From the NCBI RefSeq assembly GCF_002363955.1, contig NZ_DEXE01000008.1: DNA of 64,000 nt. One strand, written 5' to 3'. The notes under the pieces are model-generated. The model was given only the letters and a program-made list of their open reading frames with translations, was not told where the DNA came from and searched no databases. A program made the position numbers and the translations under genes. How positions within the stretch are numbered: the first letter of the stretch is position 1; the number at the start of each line of letters is the position of its first letter. This document shows, in pieces, positions 36,182-46,218 of the stretch. The stretch comes from Methylophaga sp. UBA3192 (GTDB lineage: Bacteria; Pseudomonadota; Gammaproteobacteria; Nitrosococcales; Methylophagaceae).

Positions 36182-37168
36182 CTAAATTAATCGTGGAATA
36201 AGCTTTTCTGCCAAAGCATCTGCACTGCTGAAAGCTGCTTCAACACGACCCTGAATACACCAGTCACCGCAAGCCGCCAGTTTTAATTGGGTGTCAAGGT
36301 AGGCCGGTTGACCGGTTTGGGGGGGAAGGTTAGCGTAGACCCAGCGCTTCAAGTCCACATGGCTGGCTTCGGCAGTATTGATACCACTGACACGCTGAAC
36401 CTCTGCGAGCATCAATTGCTGAATAATTTCATTTGCCTGTTGCAGATGTTTTTCGGCCCAAGCATTATTTGCCTGAATCACCATGGAGAATCCTTCAGGA
36501 CGCGATGGCTTGCTGCTATTCACCGACATCCAGCTGATGATGGCATCACTGACCAGGGCGGCTTGCCAATTGAGTTCTGGCGCGTCATCAAATCCCAGCA
36601 TCAGCGCGTAACACGCCTGCATCTGTGTTTGCTGAATGACATTAAGATTCTGAAAATTGTCTGGTAGCATATCTGCGGTTTGTTTAGCCGGAAGGCAGCA
36701 GATCACCCAGTCTAAATTCTCTGCAACAAGTTGATCGTCACTGAATAGCTGCCATTTCTCATTGTATTGTTCAAGACGAGTAACCTTGCAGTTAAACTGA
36801 ATATTTAAGCTTGCTGCAAGAGTCTGTCCGATCGCCTGCATATCGGAGCTACCCACATAGTGTGGATAATCTGCATTCCATGTGCGTCGGGAAATCTGTT
36901 TGCTACCGGAGAACTCCACAAAATTGGCATCCCAGCGTTGTATCACCCGCTGTTTGATTAACGGCTGAATAAAGTCAGCAAAACGCCCGGTTTTAACAGT
37001 GAAAAATTGAGCCCCGGAATCAAAACTAAATTGGTCAACTGAACGGGAGGCTAATCTGCCACCAGCATGTCCAGCTTTATCGAATAGTTGGATCTCGGCA
37101 AATGGCTGCAGCTGGTGGGCCAGAGTCAGGCCGGCTAATCCGCTGCCAATGATGGCGATTTTGCTCAT
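36182..37168 (-). CDS. NAD(P)/FAD-dependent oxidoreductase (renalase-like)
   Basis: IAIIGSGLAGL dinucleotide fold followed by GGRLASR. Confidence 0.8.
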   Translation of the reverse strand: MSKIAIIGSGLAGLTLAHQLQPFAEIQLFDKAGHAGGRLASRSVDQFSFDSGAQFFTVKTGRFADFIQPLIKQRVIQRWDANFVEFSGSKQISRRTWNADYPHYVGSSDMQAIGQTLAASLNIQFNCKVTRLEQYNEKWQLFSDDQLVAENLDWVICCLPAKQTADMLPDNFQNLNVIQQTQMQACYALMLGFDDAPELNWQAALVSDAIISWMSVNSSKPSRPEGFSMVIQANNAWAEKHLQQANEIIQQLMLAEVQRVSGINTAEASHVDLKRWVYANLPPQTGQPAYLDTQLKLAACGDWCIQGRVEAAFSSADALAEKLIPRLI

Positions 37169-37231
37169 GGTGATCCGCTGTGAAATGAATTTGGCAATCT
37201 GACCAATGTGATGAGGCGGGGTTTCCTGCAG

Positions 37232-37264
37232 GCAAAAAAAAGCCCCAATCCGAAGATTGAGGCT
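37232..37264 (-). terminator. Rho-independent terminator directly after pqqA
   Basis: Minus strand reads AGCCTCAATC-TTCG-GATTGGGGCT followed by TTTTTTTT. Confidence 0.65.
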
Positions 37265-37285
37265 TTTTGTTTTAGCTACTGCGTA

Positions 37286-37357
37286 TTAACGGTTGCAGAT
37301 GTACATTGTTACTTCGAAACCGAAACGCATGTCTGAATATTCTGGTTTAGTCCACAT
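37286..37357 (-). CDS. pqqA: PQQ precursor peptide PqqA (23 aa), orphan copy
   Basis: Translated by eye: [23 protein letters not shown]. It has the conserved W-x-K-P and E-x-x-x-Y (EVTMY) motifs. AGGAGA lies 7 nt upstream. Not in the ORF track. Confidence 0.85.
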   Translation of the reverse strand: MWTKPEYSDMRFGFEVTMYICNR

Positions 37358-37468
37358 AATATTTCTCCTCTTATTTAGTATCAGCGTTTGCTGACTTAGG
37401 TGTAGATTATCGCTATCAGACAACTAAAACATCAGTGAAACACCCGATAGCACTCAGGATTTTCCTGA

Positions 37469-38824
37469 TTAATCGCTGACCGGCGTACGCATGGTGACAA
37501 ACTCTTCAGCAGCCGTCGGGTGTATGCCGATGGTGGCGTCAAAGTCAGCCTTGGTGGCACCACATTTAATTGCAATCGCAATGCCCTGCATGATCTCTCC
37601 GGCTGACTCGCCAACCATATGCGCGCCCAAAACCTTATCGTTATCACCATTCACTAATATCTTCATTAAAGTACGTTCCTGCGAACCGCCTAATGTATTT
37701 TTCATCGCGCGAAAGTTTGAGCGGAATTTCAACACATTTGAATATTCCTTGCGTGCCTGCTCTTCGGTCATACCAACGGTGCCAATATTCGGCTGGCAAA
37801 ATACGGTCGTGGCAATATTGCTGTAATCCATTTTGCATGGCTGTTCATCAAACAGATAACCTGCTAATGCCATACCTTCTGCCAACGCCACCGGTGTTAA
37901 TTCCATGCCACCCGTTACATCGCCCAGAGCATAAATACTCGGTTCAGAGGTCTGGAAAGTCTCATTCACTTCAATATGACCACTTTTAGCAATATTAACC
38001 TTAACATTTTCCAGCCCCAAACCTTCAAGATGAGGCTTCCTGCCCGTGGCAAACAATACCGCATCAACCGTGAGATGCTGACCATCACTCATAGTTAAAT
38101 ACAGGCTGCCATCCGATTGTTTTTCAATGGCTGTGACTTCGGTGTTAAAACGGATATGCACACCATTTTGCTGTATTTGCTCGGCCGCAAACTCTGCGAT
38201 TTCCTTGTCAAATCCATTTAATAACCCGCCACCACGGACGATCTGTGTGACCTGTGAGCCAAGGCCATGAAAAATACCGGCAAATTCCACGGCAATATAA
38301 CCACCACCTACTACAGCCAACCGGTTTGGAAACTCAGCTAAATCAAAGATGCCGTTTGAATCCACCGCATGTTCTTTACCCGGAATCTCCGGAACATACG
38401 GCCAGCCACCGGTCGCAATTAAAATGCGTTCAGTGGTAAATTTTTTACCATCGACTTCAACCGTGTGAGCCTCCAGGATTTTACCTCTGCCATCAATGAT
38501 TTCGACGCCGGCTCGATCCAGAATGCCTTCATAGACACCATTTAAACGACTGATTTCCTGAGTTTTGTTATCCCGTAGAGTTGACCAGTCAAAAGCCGGT
38601 TTACCGTTCTGCCAGCCAAAGCCTTTGGCATCAGTAAAGTGAGCTGAGTATTCAGAGGCATATACATAGAGTTTTTTAGGCACGCAGCCTACATTGACAC
38701 AGGTGCCACCCAGATAACGATCTTCGCACACAGCGACTTTTGCACCATAAGATGCCGCCATTCGGCTGGCTCTGACACCACCGGAGCCGGCACCAATAAC
38801 AAATAAATCGTAATCATATTGCAT
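37469..38824 (-). CDS. gor: Glutathione-disulfide reductase
   Basis: 451 aa. Motifs GAGSGG and GGTCVNVGCVPKK (redox disulfide), plus the C-terminal HPTAAEE. Confidence 0.92.
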   Translation of the reverse strand: MQYDYDLFVIGAGSGGVRASRMAASYGAKVAVCEDRYLGGTCVNVGCVPKKLYVYASEYSAHFTDAKGFGWQNGKPAFDWSTLRDNKTQEISRLNGVYEGILDRAGVEIIDGRGKILEAHTVEVDGKKFTTERILIATGGWPYVPEIPGKEHAVDSNGIFDLAEFPNRLAVVGGGYIAVEFAGIFHGLGSQVTQIVRGGGLLNGFDKEIAEFAAEQIQQNGVHIRFNTEVTAIEKQSDGSLYLTMSDGQHLTVDAVLFATGRKPHLEGLGLENVKVNIAKSGHIEVNETFQTSEPSIYALGDVTGGMELTPVALAEGMALAGYLFDEQPCKMDYSNIATTVFCQPNIGTVGMTEEQARKEYSNVLKFRSNFRAMKNTLGGSQERTLMKILVNGDNDKVLGAHMVGESAGEIMQGIAIAIKCGATKADFDATIGIHPTAAEEFVTMRTPVSD

Positions 38825-38856
38825 CTTGAAAAACTCCTGTTCGTCACTGAATGTCG

Positions 38857-38894
38857 CAAAAAAACACCGGACCTGAATGGCTGCAGGTCCGGTG
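38857..38894 (-). terminator. Rho-independent terminator after the peroxiredoxin gene
   Basis: Minus strand reads CACCGGACCTG, an 8-nt loop, then CAGGTCCGGTG followed by TTTTTTT. Confidence 0.7.
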
Positions 38895-38915
38895 AAGCAT
38901 GGCTGACGTATTCAA

Positions 38916-39440
38916 TTACTGTTTGTTCAAATATTCCAGCATGGTATCCACACCGCTGACTTCAAACGGATCATCAGGACAATTATCCATCTGACCTGGC
39001 TCAGCAAAAAGTTGTTTGATTTCACCGTCTACCACATGCATGGAATAACGCCATGAACGCTCACCAAAGCCCAGATTTTCCTTTTTCACCAACATGTTCA
39101 TGCCGCGGGTAAATTCACCGTTACCATCCGGAAGCAATTTGACCTTGTTTACTTCCTGACGTTTTCCCCATTGGAACATGGTGAACGCATCGTTGACCGA
39201 CAGGCAGTAAACTTCATCAATGCCTTTGGCTTTCAGTTCATCGTAGTGTTCTTCGTAGCCTGGCAAGTGAGTGCTTGAACAGGTGGGTGTGAAAGCGCCG
39301 GGCAGTGCAAAAACGATGACGCTTTTCCCTTTAAAAATGTCATCAGTAGTGACATCCTGCCAGCGGAACGGATTATCACCGCCAATGCTTTCATCACGGA
39401 CACGGGTTTTAAATACAACATTAGGGACACGTTGAGTCAT
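38916..39440 (-). CDS. Prx5-type (glutathione/glutaredoxin-dependent type) peroxiredoxin
   Basis: 174 aa. Contains FALPGAFTPTCS with the peroxidatic Cys and VYCLSVND. Confidence 0.9.
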   Translation of the reverse strand: MTQRVPNVVFKTRVRDESIGGDNPFRWQDVTTDDIFKGKSVIVFALPGAFTPTCSSTHLPGYEEHYDELKAKGIDEVYCLSVNDAFTMFQWGKRQEVNKVKLLPDGNGEFTRGMNMLVKKENLGFGERSWRYSMHVVDGEIKQLFAEPGQMDNCPDDPFEVSGVDTMLEYLNKQ

Positions 39441-39564
39441 ATTGTTAATCTCCTTTGAAGGGTTAATGTGACCTGAACAATAATTCAGTTGCGAGCAGTG
39501 TAACGAAATGAAATTGATTAATAAAACAACTTGTTTAGATTGTTTTAATCGTAAAAAACGATTA

Positions 39565-41760
39565 TTAAGATGGCTGGCTATTAATATTAATGGCCATATT
39601 CAACTGTTGTCCGTTACGTTTGTTACTGTAGAGCGCTTCGTCAGCAAGCGTGTATAGCTGCTGCAGATCATAGTCACTTAACGATTTTGTCGTGGTAATA
39701 CCGAAACTATAGAGTAAATCAATATCGCTAGGTATCGATTCATTGTAAGTCGCCACAGTGCTGGAAAGCCGCTGCAGAATCACCGATTGATCGGTGTCAT
39801 TCTGATTGACCATTAAGACGACAAACTCATCACCACCAATTCGGCCAATTAAATCGGAATCGCGAAAAGTACTGCTTAACAATTGCGAAAACTGCAGCAG
39901 TGCATTATCACCAGCCTGATGACCATGGAGATCATTGATCTGTTTGAAATTATCCAGATCAAAATATATCAATGAGGCTTCATAATTCTGAGAACGACAC
40001 ATTTGCAAAATATGGCTTGCCCGAAACTCGAAGCCTTTCCGATTAAGTAACCCGGTTAAATGATCCTCACAAAGTAACTGGTTGGTGGCGATCTCATCTT
40101 CAATCATTTTGGCCAGTTCCCGTAACAGGCGGGAATCCCGTTCACTCATATAACGCGGTTTCTGGTCGATCAAACAAATAGCGCCAAGCCTTTCGCCACT
40201 GGGGGCTTTGAAAGGATAACCCGCATAGAATTGGATATTCGGGGGATCTGTGACCAGTGGATTATCAGAAAATCGTGGGTCAATCGTCGCATCGTTCACA
40301 ATAAAACTATTTTCTTGTTCGATGGTGTAATTACAAAAGGCATACTCTCGGGGTGTTTCACTGACGTCCAAACCTATTTTTGATTTGAACCACTGTCTCT
40401 CATCATCCAGAAAGGTAATCAGTGCAACCGGCACATCAAACATGCGTTTTGCCAGGCGTGTTATCCGATCAAAACGTTGTTCGGCCGGGGTATCCATAAT
40501 GTTAATAGACTCAAGCGCTTTTAAGCGTTGTTGCTCCAAAGCCAGTTTGCGTTGCTGTAGCCATTGATCAATCTGATCCGCCGGAAGCGGTCTGCCTATG
40601 AAATAACCCTGCGCTTTATCACATCCCTGCTGTTGCAGATACTGTAACGTGGCGTAGTCTTCGATGCCTTCAGCAATCACTTTCATATCCAGGCTATGTG
40701 CTAATTCAATGATGGCCTGAATGACCAGCCTTGATTCACGTGACTGCTGTGCCGTCATCACAAAGGATTTATCCACTTTTACTTCGGAAAATGGCATGCG
40801 CACCAGCTGCAACATGGATGAAAATCCCGTACCAAAATCATCGATGGAAAGTTGAAAGCCCTTCATCCGCAATCTGGTCAGGATATCCAGTGAAGCGACC
40901 GGATCATCCATGGCACCGGTTTCGGTGAGCTCAAGCATGATGCTGTGAAGTTTCACATTATGTAAATGACACAATTCCTCAATCTGGTTGAACAAATTGA
41001 TATTGGGTAACGATAAGGCAGAAATATTGATGGAACAAAGTAATTGACTGGTTTGGGCAGTCACTGGGTTCTGTCGCTGTTGCAGGCAAAACTGATTAAA
41101 CCAGGGGAGAGCTTGCTCGAAAACCAAAAGAGTTAAGTCATCAATCAGGTTTTTCTGTTCGGCAATCGCAATAAATACGTCGGGAGCAATAAAACCGTAT
41201 TCTGCATGATGCCAGCGAGCCAATACCTCAAATCCCATTAAAGCGCCGCTGGTACAACTGACTTTAGGTTGGTAAGCCAGCGTGATTTCCCGGTTTTTAA
41301 TGGCCTGAGATACATCATCGGATGTAATGGCCGGTTCGTTGGATCTGGCTTGCAATTGTTGCCCATCGAGTAAATCCATGAGGTTTGGTGGAGGCAAATC
41401 GATCAGTTCACGGAACGCTTTGGGGTTAAACGGTTTGGGTAAAATTCCGACTATATTTAATCCATGCGCTGCAGCAGAGCGAGCAGCAGCTTGTAAAACC
41501 TGATGCCCGACACCGCTGGTAATAATGATTTTGGCAGTGATCTGCTGTTCACCTAATGCGCCCAGGACTTCTACACCATCCATATCAGGCATGATTAAAT
41601 CAAGCGCAATGTGAGAGGGTTGCCACGCTTGCAGTGAAACAAAAAAATCCTTGGCCGTGGTCGTTACCTGAACCGACATACCTGCATATTCGGCGACATT
41701 GCGGATGGTTTCTCCAGTCAGCTCATCATCATCCAGTATCAGCAGTTTATGCTCGGACAT
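39565..41760 (-). CDS. Response regulator with REC-EAL-GAF-GGDEF architecture
   Basis: REC (LDLIMPDMDG); EAL domain (EVLAR, ELTE, DDFGTG, EGIE); GAF; GGDEF (RIGGDEFVV). Confidence 0.88.
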   Translation of the reverse strand: MSEHKLLILDDDELTGETIRNVAEYAGMSVQVTTTAKDFFVSLQAWQPSHIALDLIMPDMDGVEVLGALGEQQITAKIIITSGVGHQVLQAAARSAAAHGLNIVGILPKPFNPKAFRELIDLPPPNLMDLLDGQQLQARSNEPAITSDDVSQAIKNREITLAYQPKVSCTSGALMGFEVLARWHHAEYGFIAPDVFIAIAEQKNLIDDLTLLVFEQALPWFNQFCLQQRQNPVTAQTSQLLCSINISALSLPNINLFNQIEELCHLHNVKLHSIMLELTETGAMDDPVASLDILTRLRMKGFQLSIDDFGTGFSSMLQLVRMPFSEVKVDKSFVMTAQQSRESRLVIQAIIELAHSLDMKVIAEGIEDYATLQYLQQQGCDKAQGYFIGRPLPADQIDQWLQQRKLALEQQRLKALESINIMDTPAEQRFDRITRLAKRMFDVPVALITFLDDERQWFKSKIGLDVSETPREYAFCNYTIEQENSFIVNDATIDPRFSDNPLVTDPPNIQFYAGYPFKAPSGERLGAICLIDQKPRYMSERDSRLLRELAKMIEDEIATNQLLCEDHLTGLLNRKGFEFRASHILQMCRSQNYEASLIYFDLDNFKQINDLHGHQAGDNALLQFSQLLSSTFRDSDLIGRIGGDEFVVLMVNQNDTDQSVILQRLSSTVATYNESIPSDIDLLYSFGITTTKSLSDYDLQQLYTLADEALYSNKRNGQQLNMAININSQPS

Positions 41761-41778
41761 GTATCTTTCTCTCAGGTT

Positions 41779-44742
41779 TTATTTAACCAGCATCTGCGCG
41801 ACTCGGTTTAATAGCGCAGCTCGATGATAAGGTTTGTTCAAAATAGCAATGCTGCCATTTTGTCTTTGTTCTTCAGTTAATACTTTTTCAGTGTATCCCG
41901 AGGTAAATAAAACGGGCAGATTATTGCGGAGTTGTTTGGCTTTTTGAGCGAGTTCGTAACCAGTAAGTCCGCCTGGCATAAGCACGTCTGTGAACAGTAA
42001 ATCAATTTGCTGTACTGACGCAAGCCAGTTTAATGCCTGATTGCCATCTGCAGCAGCCAGAACCTGATAGCCGGCATCCCGAAGCTGAGAGAGTGCATAT
42101 TGCCTGACCAAATCATTGTCCTCGACAACCAGTATTGTCTGTTGGCCGTTCTCCACCTGGACAGGCGTTTCAATATCATGGAGAACCGGTGCGGGAGATA
42201 GCATGTCAGTATGCGGAATAAAAAGCTGGAATCTCGTGCCCTGACCCACTTCGGACTGTACCTGAATGTTCCCGCCAGATTGTTTGATAAAACCAAAAAC
42301 CATGCTTAATCCCAAGCCGCTGCCTTTACCGGCCGGTTTCGTGGTAAAAAATGGTTCAAATACTTTATCCAGCAGATCCTGTGATATGCCATCCCCCGTA
42401 TCCAGAACATCTATTTTTACGTATTCTCCGGCGTTCAGATCATTCGCTGATGTTTTTTGCTGCTTCAGTAATACAAACCGTTCAGTACTGATCGTCAGTG
42501 TGCCCCCATCAGCCATCGCATCACGCGCATTAAGCGTCAGGTTTAATAAGCTGCTTTCAAGTTGAACCGGATCAATCATTACTGGCCAGAGATCACTGCT
42601 GAGGCTCAGCTCCAGCTGGTATTTCTGGCCTAATGAACTTCGCAGCAACGCTTCCATATTGCGTATCAGCATATTGATATTAACGGCTTCAGGGGACAAT
42701 GGTTGACGTCGTGCAAAGGCCAGAAGATTACGGGTTAACCCTGCACCACGCTCAGCCGCGCTGCTGATCAGTCTGACAAGCGGTTGCAAAGATGGTTTAT
42801 CGTTCAGTTCATCAATTAACAAGTCGCTATTTCCAGTGATAACCGTCAACAGGTTATTAAAATCGTGAGCAATTCCGCCTGTCAGCTGACCGATCGCCTC
42901 CATGCGCTGAGCCAGTTGCAGTTGTTTTTGCAGTTGTCTTTCTTCGGTAATATCACGTTCTACAGAAACCCAATGGGTATACCAGCCAGCCGTTAAACCA
43001 ATTGGCACGCTATTCAGTTCCAGCACGATCTCCCGCCCGCTTTTATGGTATTGCGTCAGCTGAGCTCGAATGGGCTGCCAGGTTTTATAGGCTGCTTCAA
43101 TTTTTCTCAGTTCATTTTTTTCAGTTTTTGGGCCATGTAATACTTTCAGGGTTTTACCGATTACTTCCTGACGGTTGTAGCCCGTTATGCGTTCAAACGC
43201 ACTGTTTACAAAAACGATATTGGGTTTTTCACCGGGGTTCCTGGGTGCTTCAGTAATAATCACCACATCATTAAGCTGTGAAACAGCACTGCGTAATAAC
43301 TTAAGCTCTTCAGATTCCCGGCGATGCCGGGATATATCCCGCAGATAGACGGTTAAACCGCTGGTGGAAGGATAGATCCTGACATCCAGCCATAGTTTTT
43401 TTGCATCATAAAAATGTTCAAACGACATGACCTGTTGTTGCAGCAATGCGGATGACAATTTTTTAACCAGTGAGCCGGTAGGATCAATATCGGTATTTTC
43501 GATGCCTTTATGATCCAATAACCGGGAGCGTGTCATGTTAAATAAAGCTGTTGCCTGGTTATTGAGATAACTAAAACGCAGATCAGTACTTAATGTGAAA
43601 AAAGCATCGGTGATGCTATCCAGTGTGTTTTGCAGTTGTTGTGATAATGCTTCACTTTGTTGTTGGAGAATTTTGATTTGATGGATATTAGTGCTCCAGC
43701 CATACCATTTGGCGATTTGATTCTGCTCATCTCTGATGGCATTGGCTTGCGCCAGAAACCACATATATTCATCATCAAAACGACGCAGACGAAACTCATC
43801 AGAATAAGCATCTCCGGTTTTCATTGAGTGAAGCCATCGTTCATGCACTCTTAGTTTATCGTCCGGATGAACCAATTCAAGCCAGTTATTTAAAACATAC
43901 GTTTCGGACTTACCGAAATATTCAAGTGTGAAGGGGGAAACAGAGTCGAGAATACCTTCTGCAGTAACCGTCCACATAAACTGCAATGTGTTTTCAGCCA
44001 TATAATGCGAACGAAGCTGTTCTTCATGCAGACTCGCTTCAACCAATTTACTGTCATGCACATCCTGAATGACACCTTGAATTTGTTTTGGTAACTGCTC
44101 GTTGTGACAAGAAAATATTCTTATCCGATGTGGCCCACTCTGTCCGATCAAAGAGAATTCGCCATCCATAGAACTCTGTTGATTTAACATGTCATTCAGA
44201 GCCTGATGTAAGGTATTTTGCTGTTTGTCGACAAATAAGGAGACGAATTGCGACTGAGAAATTGTGCTGCGATTATGCTGATTAAGTATTTGAGCGGCTT
44301 CGGGACTTAAATGTAACTGTCCGGACTTCCCTAGTTGCCAATAACCCAGCTTTGCAATGTCGGCAGCCAGCTTGAGCTGATGCTGGTGTCTGGATTGCTG
44401 TTGCTGTGAGCGAATAGTAAAACTGCTGATCAAATAAATGGTCATCAAGGCCAGGGTGGCCAGCACCCGGTTAGCGATAAACTGGGTCTGTAAAATAGCT
44501 TCAAGACTAGCGGGTATTATTACTATCCCGGACCAAACAAATAATAAACTGCTGATGAAAGTAATTGTCAGACGACGAATGCTGGCACCAACACTCGCCA
44601 GCATTAGAATGGGGGCATACAAAATACCGTGGGCAAACCCCGGAACAGTGTAGCGGTCAGCCAGTAACACCAGAAACAACAATAAAAAAATCAGCCCATC
44701 AAATAACGGGCTGCTTGATAAACGGCTTATGGTCTGATTCAT
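41779..44742 (-). CDS. Hybrid sensor histidine kinase (membrane N-terminus, multiple PAS, HisKA-HATPase, C-terminal REC)
   Basis: 987 aa. H-box GGIAHDFNNLL, plus DTGDGI, GSGLGLSMV and a REC domain (DVLMPGGLTG). Confidence 0.88.
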   Translation of the reverse strand: MNQTISRLSSSPLFDGLIFLLLFLVLLADRYTVPGFAHGILYAPILMLASVGASIRRLTITFISSLLFVWSGIVIIPASLEAILQTQFIANRVLATLALMTIYLISSFTIRSQQQQSRHQHQLKLAADIAKLGYWQLGKSGQLHLSPEAAQILNQHNRSTISQSQFVSLFVDKQQNTLHQALNDMLNQQSSMDGEFSLIGQSGPHRIRIFSCHNEQLPKQIQGVIQDVHDSKLVEASLHEEQLRSHYMAENTLQFMWTVTAEGILDSVSPFTLEYFGKSETYVLNNWLELVHPDDKLRVHERWLHSMKTGDAYSDEFRLRRFDDEYMWFLAQANAIRDEQNQIAKWYGWSTNIHQIKILQQQSEALSQQLQNTLDSITDAFFTLSTDLRFSYLNNQATALFNMTRSRLLDHKGIENTDIDPTGSLVKKLSSALLQQQVMSFEHFYDAKKLWLDVRIYPSTSGLTVYLRDISRHRRESEELKLLRSAVSQLNDVVIITEAPRNPGEKPNIVFVNSAFERITGYNRQEVIGKTLKVLHGPKTEKNELRKIEAAYKTWQPIRAQLTQYHKSGREIVLELNSVPIGLTAGWYTHWVSVERDITEERQLQKQLQLAQRMEAIGQLTGGIAHDFNNLLTVITGNSDLLIDELNDKPSLQPLVRLISSAAERGAGLTRNLLAFARRQPLSPEAVNINMLIRNMEALLRSSLGQKYQLELSLSSDLWPVMIDPVQLESSLLNLTLNARDAMADGGTLTISTERFVLLKQQKTSANDLNAGEYVKIDVLDTGDGISQDLLDKVFEPFFTTKPAGKGSGLGLSMVFGFIKQSGGNIQVQSEVGQGTRFQLFIPHTDMLSPAPVLHDIETPVQVENGQQTILVVEDNDLVRQYALSQLRDAGYQVLAAADGNQALNWLASVQQIDLLFTDVLMPGGLTGYELAQKAKQLRNNLPVLFTSGYTEKVLTEEQRQNGSIAILNKPYHRAALLNRVAQMLVK

Positions 44743-44800
44743 ATCTATAGATGACTCCAGTCATCCGGCACTGGCATTGATAATGTCACAAAAGGAGATG

Positions 44801-45361
44801 TTAAGAATAGATGTTTTCTTCTGTAACAATAATATCCATGGGGATATCATGTGGCTGCGGCTGTATGGTTTCAAGTAACATCCATTCAAAGCCGATACCA
44901 ATGCTTAACGGTTTTGCCGAAACGTCCAGCGTACGATCATAAAATCCTCCACCGTTGCCTAAACGATGTAAATTTGCATCAAACCCCACTAGTGGAATAA
45001 GTAGCACGTCCGGTTGAATAACCTGCGTGTTTTGTGGCACAGGGATATCCCATACCTCAGCCTGCATGATAGATTCCGGACCCCATTGGCGGAATTGCAA
45101 GGCTTGTTGCGGGTCAATAATTTTTGGTAAAGCCGCTTGCCAACCCTGTTTGATAAGTCCGTATATAAAATCACGACAATCAATTTCGCCACGCACCGGC
45201 CAGTAAAAGCCAATGACGCCTTTAGGGAGAGTATCAATAACGCTTTGTAACTTTTTAAATAAGGCAACCTGATGTAAAACACGCAGCTCATTGGCAAACT
45301 CAAGCCGTTGCTCCGTCAAGCGTAACCTTTGTTCTATGCGCCATTGCTGCCAGGTATTCAT
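44801..45361 (-). CDS. 5-formyltetrahydrofolate cyclo-ligase
   Basis: 186 aa. Contains LIPLVGFDANLHRLGNGGGFYDR, typical of MTHFS. The start overlaps the upstream stop (ATGA). Confidence 0.85.
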   Translation of the reverse strand: MNTWQQWRIEQRLRLTEQRLEFANELRVLHQVALFKKLQSVIDTLPKGVIGFYWPVRGEIDCRDFIYGLIKQGWQAALPKIIDPQQALQFRQWGPESIMQAEVWDIPVPQNTQVIQPDVLLIPLVGFDANLHRLGNGGGFYDRTLDVSAKPLSIGIGFEWMLLETIQPQPHDIPMDIIVTEENIYS

Positions 45362-45798
45362 GCGGATTCCGGTATTTCAAGCAATTCCTGTAAGCGATCT
45401 TTATTGAAGATTACGTCAGCCAGGGTGTAATCATCCAACACCTTTAAAAAAGCAGCCTGAGCTTTATGCAGAGCATTTCGCAGTATGCATGCAGGCTGGA
45501 TAGGACAGGCGATTTCATCACCGAAACAAGGAAGTAATTGCAGATTTTCGGTTTTACGGACCAGTTTTCCTATGCCGATATCACTTACCGGTAAAGCCAG
45601 TTTTAAGCCACCTCCACGACCTCGATGGCTGACAATATAACCATGTTGCACAAGCGTTTGTGCCACTTTAGCAAGATGATTGGATGAAATGCCAAAGCGT
45701 GTCGCTGCATCCTGAATGGTCGCAGCCTGCTTACCATGGTGTATTGCCAGATATACCAGCAATCTAAGCGCATAGTCAGTATGCGTGGTCAGTTGCAT
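45358..45798 (-). CDS. Rrf2-family regulator, NsrR/IscR-like with three-Cys cluster site
   Basis: Start moved to MQLTTHTDYALRLLVYLA. HTH segment IQDAATRFGISSNHLAKVAQTL. Cys ligand pattern C-x7-C-x5-C (LPCFGDEIACPIQPAC). Confidence 0.85.
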   Translation of the reverse strand: MQLTTHTDYALRLLVYLAIHHGKQAATIQDAATRFGISSNHLAKVAQTLVQHGYIVSHRGRGGGLKLALPVSDIGIGKLVRKTENLQLLPCFGDEIACPIQPACILRNALHKAQAAFLKVLDDYTLADVIFNKDRLQELLEIPESA

Positions 45799-45831
45799 TA
45801 TTAATTGACTCCTAAAAGATGGACCAATACT

Positions 45832-45851
45832 ATGCGTTTTTAAATAGGCAT
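45832..45851. promoter_or_regulatory. Imperfect AT-rich palindrome ATGCGTTTTT/AAATAGGCAT, candidate Rrf2/NsrR operator
   Basis: It lies 34 nt upstream of the regulator start. The half-sites resemble the ATGCATTT-type NsrR half-site as I remember it. Confidence 0.3.
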
Positions 45852-46218
45852 GTAAAATGCCTGTTTGTATAACAGTGTTTGGCAATAATGCCTGAAATTC
45901 TCAATATTATCCGTCAAACGGTGTTTTATGGATTTATAGAGCGTCATGTTGAGCTATTAAAAGACTGTTTATATAAAAATACGTTCCGTAATCAACCGGG
46001 AAGTAAACGTTTTATTCCTTCTCATCAGCAAACCGGTCCCCTGCAAACTATACGGCAACTTTCATTTGCACACCGTGATGTTGTGTTTATTGGGAGATTC
46101 AATCTGATTGTTACCCAGCATTGAAATAACGGTTATCACCGTTGTGTGATATTGCCGTTGGAGTCATTGAGGTGCGTACAGATCTTTACAGGATTTATGG
46201 TGAGTATTCTTAATTTAT

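Noticed and set aside
45879-46124. 81-aa plus-strand ORF in the nsrR upstream region
   Set aside because: It has no SD sequence and a TTG start that overlaps the extended (rejected) N-terminus of the Rrf2 ORF. There are no recognisable motifs, and the hairpin after it lacks a T run.
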